Virus record (IMG/VR): IMGVR_UViG_3300025896_000021
Strand: one strand, 5' to 3'
From: a virus
Taxonomy: Duplodnaviria; Heunggongvirae; Uroviricota; Caudoviricetes
DNA length: 64,000 nucleotides
In this document: positions 1-5,391 of the stretch, in pieces
Position numbering within the stretch: the first letter of the stretch is position 1
Layout of the letters: each line of letters starts with the position of its first letter
Notes under the pieces: generated by a model
Told to the model about the DNA's origin: nothing
Databases searched by the model: none
The model's input: the letters and a program-made list of their open reading frames with translations, nothing else
Program-made: the position numbers and the translations under genes

Positions 1-47
1 TGGTTTTCAAGGCCAGTCGCAGGACCATCCCCGCTGCATTACTCTCC
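1..47 (-). tRNA. tRNA-Ser(UGA), 5' part only (runs off window)
   Basis: Minus strand GGAGAGT...CTGGC-CT-TGA-AA-ACCA; variable and T arms lie outside the window. Confidence 0.75.
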
Positions 48-53
48 ATTTGT

Positions 54-110
54 TGGTGGTAGCTCGCTTTGCATCTCATGAAAACGCAAAGGGTCATGAC
101 TCCGACTACC
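54..110 (-). ncRNA. 57-nt tRNA-like mini RNA with acceptor stem, A-CCA end and one long hairpin capped by CAU
   Basis: GGTAGT pairs with GCTACC-A-CCA; internal CTTTGCGTTTT-CAT-GAGATGCAAAG hairpin; spaced like a unit of the tRNA array. Confidence 0.55.
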
Positions 111-115
111 GTAAT

Positions 116-236
116 TGGCCCCGTCTGGGGGAATCGAACCCCCGTTTCGTCCTTGACATGGAATGTTGTATATTGCTGACTGCATCCTTGACAGGATGAC
201 CTTTTATACGTGTGCTAACCACTACACTAAGACGGG
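116..236 (-). tRNA. tRNA-Asp(GUC) interrupted by a 46-nt insert (162-207) in the anticodon stem
   Basis: Acceptor CCCGTCT/AGACGGG-G-CCA, D arm, T arm GGGGG-TTCGATT-CCCCC; removing 162-207 restores CGTCC-AT-GTC-AA-GGACG and a 75-nt cloverleaf. Confidence 0.8.
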
Positions 237-241
237 AAACT

Positions 242-320
242 TGGTACCCTGCCTCGGACTCGAACCGAGAGAACTCTTCCTTTTGAGAGAAGCGACTTTG
301 CCAGATTTGTCCAGCAGGGC
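242..320 (-). tRNA. tRNA-Leu(CAA), short variable loop
   Basis: CTTCT-CT-CAA-AA-GGAAG arm, GTTCGAGTC T loop, A-CCA. Confidence 0.88.
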
Positions 321-329
321 ATAAAACTT

Positions 330-405
330 TGGGGTGTCGTACGGGATTCGAACCCGTACTAAGAGATTCACAATCTCTGGTGCTAACCTTTACACTAACA
401 ACACC
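330..405 (-). tRNA. tRNA-His(GUG) with G-1
   Basis: AGAGA-TT-GTG-AA-TCTCT; G-1:C73; CCA. Confidence 0.93.
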
Positions 406-415
406 ATATAACTAT

Positions 416-489
416 TGGTCTCCGATGCAAGAATCGAACTTGCGCTCCTTGGTCCCAAACCAAGAGTGATTCCATTTCACCAATCGGAG
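416..489 (-). tRNA. tRNA-Pro(UGG) copy 1
   Basis: CTTGG-TT-TGG-GA-CCAAG; C1:G72, A73, CCA. Confidence 0.92.
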
Positions 490-497
490 ATAAATTT

Positions 498-575
498 TGG
501 TCTGCGCTGGAGGATTCGAACCTCCGACCCCTCACTTCCAAGGCGAGAACTCTGACCAGACTGAGCTAAACACAG
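498..575 (-). tRNA. tRNA-Pro(UGG) copy 2 (different body, A37)
   Basis: CTCGC-CT-TGG-AA-GTGAG; GGTTCGAATCC; CCA. Confidence 0.92.
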
Positions 576-583
576 ATGAATTT

Positions 584-657
584 TGGTGGAGCTCCGGGGG
601 ATCGAACCCCGATGACTAACGTGCAAGGCTAGCATAATCCCATTATATGAGAACCCC
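584..657 (-). tRNA. tRNA-Ala(UGC)
   Basis: CTAGC-CT-TGC-AC-GTTAG; G3:U70 pair; A-CCA. Confidence 0.92.
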
Positions 658-663
658 AATTGT

Positions 664-807
664 AGGTTTTTGAGAGGCTACCTATCCTTGTTGAAGGGAC
701 TCAATAGTTTGTCTCGTATGGAGGAGGTCTTGCATCTTTCACGTTAAACACGTGCTTCTCTTGCTGCACCGCTACTTGCGACTCGACTCCTACGTCTATC
801 TCAAAAC
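664..807 (-). ncRNA. Unidentified ~140-nt multi-stem RNA in the tRNA array
   Basis: Closed by TTTTGAGA/TCTCAAAA; inner stems CGTA-GGAG/CTCC-A-TACG and CACGT/ACGTG; no ORF in the track; fills a slot between tRNA units. Confidence 0.5.
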
Positions 808-808
808 T

Positions 809-882
809 TGGCCCCTGAGATCACCGTCGAAAGTGACATTCCCAACTATTAACTAGATTGCGCGGTCTAGTCAAACTCAGAG
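809..882 (-). ncRNA. 74-nt tRNA-like RNA lacking a normal D arm/anticodon arm pair
   Basis: Acceptor CTCTGAG/CTCAGGG-G-CCA; T-like arm TCACT-TTCGAC-GGTGA; a single 9-bp hairpin TTGACTAGA-CCGCGCAA-TCTAGTTAA. Confidence 0.6.
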
Positions 883-888
883 ATAATT

Positions 889-963
889 TGGTACCTAGTG
901 TAGGACTCGAACCTACGACATTCCGCTAATCGGGCAGACGTTCTTCCTCTGAACTAACTAGGC
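889..963 (-). tRNA. tRNA-Ile(GAU) with atypical loop (C33, U37)
   Basis: TCTGC-CC-GAT-TA-GCGGA; normal D and T arms; A-CCA. Confidence 0.85.
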
Positions 964-971
964 ATATTGTT

Positions 972-1046
972 TGGTGGATGTAAGTAGATTTGAACTACTG
1001 ACCTGCTCCGTATGAAGGAGATGCACTACCGCTGTGCTATACATCC
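972..1046 (-). tRNA. tRNA with CAU anticodon (elongator Met or Ile2)
   Basis: CTCC-TT-CAT-AC-GGAG; G1:C72 paired so not initiator; A-CCA. Confidence 0.88.
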
Positions 1047-1051
1047 ATGAT

Positions 1052-1125
1052 TGGTGCCCCATGACAGAATTGAACTGCCGTATCCTGATTACAAAACAGG
1101 CGTAATACCGTTATACGAAAAGGGC
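1052..1125 (-). tRNA. tRNA-Thr(UGU)
   Basis: CCTGT-TT-TGT-AA-TCAGG; G1-C72, C2-G71; CCA. Confidence 0.9.
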
Positions 1126-1131
1126 TAAAGT

Positions 1132-1206
1132 TGGCGCCATGGACGAGAATCGAACTCGCATAGAACGGATAGACAATCCGGTGCATTACCAGTCTGCTAC
1201 CATGGC
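1132..1206 (-). tRNA. tRNA-Asp(GUC), uninterrupted, U37
   Basis: CGGA-TT-GTC-TA-TCCG; G73; CCA. Confidence 0.9.
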
Positions 1207-1214
1207 ATAAATTT

Positions 1215-1288
1215 TGGTGCTCTAACGTAGAATCGAACTACGATATCTGTCATACCAAGACAGTGTTCTTCCATTAAACTATAAGAGC
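1215..1288 (-). tRNA. tRNA-Thr(GGU)
   Basis: CTGTC-TT-GGT-AT-GACAG; CCA. Confidence 0.92.
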
Positions 1289-1295
1289 ATGAATA

Positions 1296-1361
1296 ACAGG
1301 ATGCAGTTTCTTTTCAAAGATAAAAGTTTTGAATTGATTTAATTTTGCAGGATGCATCCTA
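1296..1361 (-). ncRNA. Stem-closed element AGGATGC...GCATCCTG enclosing an anticodon-like loop (CT-TTG-AA)
   Basis: Terminal AGGATGCA/TGCATCCT helix; both halves resemble the tRNA-Asp insert at 162-207. Confidence 0.55.
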
Positions 1362-1365
1362 AAAC

Positions 1366-1442
1366 TGGTGCGGGGTACAGGGTTCGAACCTGCGACCTGT
1401 AAGTTGGCAACCTACTGCTCTACCAAACTGAGCTAACCACGC
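1366..1442 (-). tRNA. tRNA-Gly(GCC)
   Basis: GTAGG-TT-GCC-AA-CTTAC; GCG/CGC acceptor top; A73. Confidence 0.92.
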
Positions 1443-1450
1443 ATTGTATC

Positions 1451-1527
1451 TGGTGCGACCGGAGAGATTCGAACTCCCGACTCCTAAGTTCGTAGCCTAG
1501 TACTCTATCCAACTGAGTTACGGTCGC
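1451..1527 (-). tRNA. tRNA-Arg(ACG)
   Basis: CTAGG-CT-ACG-AA-CTTAG; A20 in D loop; CCA. Confidence 0.94.
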
Positions 1528-1534
1528 ATTATAT

Positions 1535-1620
1535 TGGTGGAGCAGATAGGGTTCGAACCTATACAGCAGTACTGTCCTCCGGGTTACAGCCGGGAGCCCT
1601 TCCTCTCAGGCGTCTACTCC
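1535..1620 (-). tRNA. tRNA-Tyr(GUA)
   Basis: CCGG-CT-GTA-AC-CCGG; long variable arm CAGTACTG; A-CCA. Confidence 0.9.
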
Positions 1621-1711
1621 ATATTAACTCGGCGGTGCGAAACCAGCTGCACACTTACGCATCTTAGCTTCTCGTTCCTAGGAAACTTACGCTTGGGTCA
1701 TCGCCTTGACT

Positions 1712-1786
1712 TGGTACTCAGTAGGGGAGTCGAACCCCTCTCTGGAAATTGAAAGTATCCTGACCTAACCGATAGTCGAACTGAGT
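1712..1786 (-). tRNA. tRNA-Glu(UUC)
   Basis: GGATA-CT-TTC-AA-TTTCC; GGGGTTCGACTCCCC; CCA. Confidence 0.9.
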
Positions 1787-1825
1787 GTAAAATTGTTGAT
1801 TAACCGGAGTGTAATAAATACGTGC

Positions 1826-2530
1826 ATGAAGGCACTTGATATATTATACACCCCACTTGATACTCCATCTGTTCCTAAAACAGATATTACTAAACTGCTA
1901 TCTTGGGCAGATTCTTATCGTACTACACAGCACCATCCTAATCGACTGGATGCGAGTAAAATTAAAGAAGTCAGTAGCACTTATCCCTGGAACTTAGTAT
2001 ATCCTAGAATCAATGATAACTGGTGCCATGACTTTAATATAGAATTTCCAGAGCTTGCAGATTTTTTTAGTTCTGCTTATAAAATACGTGAATCAGAAAT
2101 AAACAATGTAGTATTATTACCTGTTCGTTCTGACTTCGCCGGTTTAGGATTTTGGCATAGCGATCCAGATACTGCTGGATTACGCTGCTATATTGAAAAT
2201 CAAGAAGAAGACAATAATTTTCTACTAATAAGACCCACTATCATACCATATGATAGTAGACCAGGATTTGGCATTCTAGATCCTAACTTCAGTGAAACTC
2301 CGTTACAGAATGTAACACTGAGCGCAAAACTGCGTGAACCTAATCAAACATTTTATTTAAATAATGTTAGAGCAGTACATGCAGTTAACACACCGACTGT
2401 CGGAGCATTACGAATCGCAGTTATCGTTGCAGCCGATATTACAAAAGTAAGAGACCGCATTAGTAGCTTGGTAGTAGAGTCTGCTAAAAAATATAGCGAC
2501 TACGCACTATACTGGAAGCAACCAACTTAA
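1826..2530 (+). CDS. Putative 2OG-Fe(II) oxygenase/cupin-fold protein, antisense inside the tRNA array
   Basis: FWHSD...LNN..AVHAVN (HxD...H triad); start moved to ATG 1826, 5 nt after ATAAATA (1814-1820). Confidence 0.6.
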   Translation: MKALDILYTPLDTPSVPKTDITKLLSWADSYRTTQHHPNRLDASKIKEVSSTYPWNLVYPRINDNWCHDFNIEFPELADFFSSAYKIRESEINNVVLLPVRSDFAGLGFWHSDPDTAGLRCYIENQEEDNNFLLIRPTIIPYDSRPGFGILDPNFSETPLQNVTLSAKLREPNQTFYLNNVRAVHAVNTPTVGALRIAVIVAADITKVRDRISSLVVESAKKYSDYALYWKQPT

Positions 2531-2533
2531 AAC

Positions 2534-2611
2534 TGGCAGGGGTAATTGGATTCGAACCAATGATGACGATTTCAAAGACCGTTGCCTTGGGCCAGACTAG
2601 GCGATACCCCA
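2534..2611 (-). tRNA. tRNA-Gln(UUG), first tRNA of the array
   Basis: ACGGT-CT-TTG-AA-ATCGT; G73; CCA. Confidence 0.92.
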
Positions 2612-2621
2612 ACAATATATA

Positions 2622-2900
2622 ATGTGCGTACTTGGACCTTCACAGGGTCAATAATTTTCCTCGCACACGCTATTCTGAAATTCACTAAACTACTTAGGCT
2701 GCGATAGGAGCCATTGTTCATAGAGTGAATTTTAGAATAGCGTGATGTATCTTTCAACATCCACGCTATGATAGAGTTAATACTCTACCCAGAAGTCTTA
2801 CTAGTGCATTACCGCTACACGTTCATGTATTCTGTCCGCCCGTTTACAACATGTTTATAGTGCATTGTCAGGACCTCGTTTCCTGGGCAGGGTTACTGCT
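2622..2900 (-). ncRNA. Structured RNA region upstream of the first tRNA
   Basis: 21-bp inverted repeat 2666-2686/2724-2744; hairpins at 2623-2667 and 2772-2787; junction CTGCCC/GGGCGG with CAGGA-AACGAGG-TCCTG at ~2835-2890. Confidence 0.55.
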
Positions 2901-2919
2901 CTAAATCCACACTAATTTT

Positions 2920-3060
2920 TTATGCTAGTTGTTTTCTAGCTTTTACTGACTGACCCTTGTTACGCTCTACCTTCTGTAAGATCAATTGCTTGAACTGTTC
3001 AGGAGTTAGAGTATTCTCCTTGAGCCAATCAGATTTTTTATTCTTATCTGATTGTAACAT
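2920..3060 (-). CDS. Small basic hypothetical protein (46 aa, MLQSDKNKKSDWLKENTLTPEQFKQLILQKVERNKGQSVKARKQLA)
   Basis: Open frame below the ORF-track cutoff, downstream of promoter 3152-3180, GGA upstream. Confidence 0.4.
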   Translation of the reverse strand: MLQSDKNKKSDWLKENTLTPEQFKQLILQKVERNKGQSVKARKQLA

Positions 3061-3079
3061 AAAATCCATTTACTGTCAA
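3051..3079 (-). promoter_or_regulatory. sigma70-type promoter
   Basis: TTGACA-17 nt-TACAAT. Confidence 0.8.
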
Positions 3080-3151
3080 AATTCTTTTGTTGTATCTTTA
3101 CAACATCTTCTTATTCAATGAAGCCTTTTTACTTGCTTCTTTAATGTCTCT

Positions 3152-3180
3152 AGTATAACAGAATCACCATTTACTGTCAA
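3152..3180 (-). promoter_or_regulatory. sigma70-type promoter
   Basis: TTGACA-17 nt-TATACT; shares CCATTTACTGTCAAA with promoter 3051-3079. Confidence 0.82.
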
Positions 3181-3194
3181 ATTCTTTCTACCAC

Positions 3195-3231
3195 AAAACA
3201 AAAAACCCCTGAGACTTTGCAATCCCAGGGG
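3195..3231 (-). terminator. Intrinsic terminator (attenuator)
   Basis: CCCCTGGGA-TTGCAAAG-TCTCAGGGG followed by TTTTTTGTTTT. Confidence 0.88.
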
Positions 3232-3293
3232 CTTCATAAAACTTGTTGAAGTATTACAATTAGTTGTAACTACCTCGTCCTATGAACCCCTGG
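3225..3293 (-). promoter_or_regulatory. Antiterminator hairpin, mutually exclusive with terminator 3195-3231
   Basis: CCAGGGGTTCATAGGAC/GTTTTATGAAGCCCCTGG (17 bp) stacked on GAGGTA-G-TTACAA/TTGTAA-TACTTC (12 bp); the CTAA loop holds the leader stop codon. Confidence 0.75.
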
Positions 3294-3433
3294 AGCATTC
3301 TGCCCTGATCACTAGATCCGCGAATACTTGTCGGCGCTGTTGAATAATTCCCCTCAAAGGCTGCTAACATGGCTATCGTCACGGGTGACCATAGTCCTGT
3401 ATGTTTCAGCGATTGACAGTTAATATTCATCAT
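3260..3433 (-). CDS. Putative attenuator leader peptide, 57 aa (MMNINCQSLKHTGLWSPVTIAMLAAFEGNYSTAPTSIRGSSDQGRMLQGFIGRGSYN)
   Basis: Translated by hand; lies between promoters and terminator; 3' end overlaps the antiterminator; contains all 20 amino acids. Confidence 0.7.
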   Translation of the reverse strand: MMNINCQSLKHTGLWSPVTIAMLAAFEGNYSTAPTSIRGSSDQGRMLQGFIGRGSYN

Positions 3434-3509
3434 AGTCTTTTATTTAGTCCTGGTTTAAAAATACTGCAAATTAAGCTACTTTTTTCGCTCTTTTGCAGTT
3501 CATGTATGT

Positions 3510-3538
3510 ATTATAGCACCGATTGTATTAGTTGTCAA
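3510..3538 (-). promoter_or_regulatory. Perfect-consensus sigma70 promoter upstream of the leader ORF
   Basis: TTGACA-17 nt-TATAAT with extended -10 TG. Confidence 0.9.
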
Positions 3539-3608
3539 CAACTATTTTCATCAGCTTACCCATAACACAAAAATTCTTTTCTGAATCGATTTCTCAATTC
3601 ATGTGTGA

Positions 3609-3637
3609 AGTATAACAGAGAATGGATTAAACGTCAA
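3609..3637 (-). promoter_or_regulatory. sigma70-type promoter
   Basis: TTGACG-17 nt-TATACT. Confidence 0.75.
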
Positions 3638-4247
3638 CCTTTGTGTTGCCCAAAACGTATTGATACGTGTCTTCAGCAACCTTAACCCAATCAGGATCGA
3701 GGTCTAAATTAGGGTGTTGGAAGTCACTGGCTAACACGCATCTCGCTTTTGTTAGTATACTGATACCTTGAATTTCTGTCAAGGCTAGATACCCCAGAGT
3801 TCGATTCCTTACACATATATCCCATGCAACACCAAACACGTACACATTTTTTATCTCAGGATTAAGAGACAAATAATATTCAAGTTGCCATGCCCAATGC
3901 ATTGCTATTTGAAATTTTGAAGGGTTATTGTAATGTAGTACAGTAGGATGGGTTTGTTCAAGTGGATAGGTAGTGTCCCTTGCCATATGCAATCGATGCA
4001 CATGATTCAATTCTTTTATTTTTCTTAGTGGATTATTCGGTCCATACAATGCGTGATGATTGAGGTACCACACTGAGCTACTATGAGTAAGCTCCCTCTT
4101 GCAGTTATATGAAGCAAGCACAATAGTGCCAACCGCCGGGTCGTTAGTTACGCAATCAATTATATCATTATATAGTTTTGGTTCTATTTCAGGTGGGATA
4201 TCCCAGCAATCAATCAGTATAGCCAGACTAGGTTCATTAAGCATCAC
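3627..4247 (-). CDS. Isochorismatase/cysteine-hydrolase-like protein
   Basis: AILIDCW N-terminal strand and VFGVAWDICV motif. Confidence 0.55.
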   Translation of the reverse strand: MMLNEPSLAILIDCWDIPPEIEPKLYNDIIDCVTNDPAVGTIVLASYNCKRELTHSSSVWYLNHHALYGPNNPLRKIKELNHVHRLHMARDTTYPLEQTHPTVLHYNNPSKFQIAMHWAWQLEYYLSLNPEIKNVYVFGVAWDICVRNRTLGYLALTEIQGISILTKARCVLASDFQHPNLDLDPDWVKVAEDTYQYVLGNTKVDV

Positions 4248-4248
4248 A

Positions 4249-4280
4249 TATTTATAGGGTTACCCGATAGCTTATAAATA
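4249..4280. promoter_or_regulatory. Divergent pair of T4-late-type promoters
   Basis: TATAAATA on minus (4249-4256) and plus (4273-4280), each a few nt from a start codon. Confidence 0.8.
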
Positions 4281-4284
4281 AAGC

Positions 4285-5391
4285 ATGTCAGAGAATTTTT
4301 GCAGGTACCTTACCAACCAATACCGTTTTGTCTACGGAGTACTTCAGCCCTGTTGCTGGTACACTAAGACACAAGACTTGTCAGCGGGCCAAGAAGCAGT
4401 TGACGCATACAAGCAGGAACTATACGCTATCAAAGATTGGGTACCCGAGTGTAACTTTTGCAAAGAACGTGAAGATAAAGGGATGCATAGTCCCAGGATA
4501 GACGCCAACAAAGATCAAACCATAGAGTGGGTAGACGGTGAAGGTGTCAACTTAGAGTTCCAAATTGATAAGGATTGCAACGGTGCATGTCTTATATGCG
4601 GTAGTTGGAACAGTACAACTTGGGAACAATACACTACTCAAACTATCAACAAAAAAGTTTTCACCATCAAAAGCAACGAAGACAACGTTGAAGTTTGGTT
4701 AAAGCAAATACATGAGACTGTGAGGTTTGATAAAGTCAGACGCATTACGTTCTTGGGAGGCGAGCCACTTAGAACAGATACCCATTTTAGAATACTGCAA
4801 GAAGTTAAAAAAGTACAAGACTTGAAAAAGGTTCGGGTAACTTACATCACGAATGGCAGTGCAAAGCCTACTCCAGAGCAGCTAGAGTTATGGTCTGAGC
4901 TATCGCATCTTAACTTGCATTTTAGCTTAGACGCAATTGGTGAGCACTTTAATTATCTGCGCTGGCCGTTGCAATGGTCACACGTAGAAAAGAACTTACG
5001 ATATATCATTGACTTAGACTTACCTAATGTAAGTATCACTGGTAGCTATACACTGACTCCGTTCAATATCTTTTACCATGATAGATACGATGCGTGGGCG
5101 CATGAGTTCTTTAAGGGTACTAAGTATAGCCCAAAGAACATATTTAGACAACCCTTCATGGCTAACGGAGTTATGAGTTTAGCTGCGTTGCCGCCGGTGT
5201 TGGCAATGATAGTTAGGAAGAAGTATGCAATATCTGAGATCACCGATAATGATCACACGGTTGATAAATGCATTCCCGGTTATACCAGAGCATCATACGA
5301 TGAGTTTATGAAACACATTGAATATCACGACGGGCATAGAAAACTAGCATGGCGTGAAGTTTTTCCAGAGATAGAAAAGTATTTTAAATAA
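4285..5391 (+). CDS. Radical SAM protein with N-terminal Cys-rich (twitch-like) domain
   Basis: CNGACLIC, GGEP, TNGS, FSLD; N-terminal FC..PCC..CNFC. Confidence 0.88.
   Translation: MSENFCRYLTNQYRFVYGVLQPCCWYTKTQDLSAGQEAVDAYKQELYAIKDWVPECNFCKEREDKGMHSPRIDANKDQTIEWVDGEGVNLEFQIDKDCNGACLICGSWNSTTWEQYTTQTINKKVFTIKSNEDNVEVWLKQIHETVRFDKVRRITFLGGEPLRTDTHFRILQEVKKVQDLKKVRVTYITNGSAKPTPEQLELWSELSHLNLHFSLDAIGEHFNYLRWPLQWSHVEKNLRYIIDLDLPNVSITGSYTLTPFNIFYHDRYDAWAHEFFKGTKYSPKNIFRQPFMANGVMSLAALPPVLAMIVRKKYAISEITDNDHTVDKCIPGYTRASYDEFMKHIEYHDGHRKLAWREVFPEIEKYFK

Noticed and set aside
1-47. Possible selenocysteine or opal suppressor tRNA
   Set aside because: The anticodon reads UGA (Ser), not UCA; no suppressor tRNA in the window
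477-659. 60-aa ORF
   Set aside because: Lies over tRNA-Ala and tRNA-Pro genes
1534-1752. 72-aa plus-strand ORF
   Set aside because: Antisense to tRNA-Tyr and tRNA-Glu
2572-2760. 62-aa ORF
   Set aside because: Overlaps tRNA-Gln and a long RNA hairpin; no protein-like features
2840-2890. Hammerhead ribozyme suggested by GAAAC-GAG-GTC
   Set aside because: No correctly placed CUGANGA core
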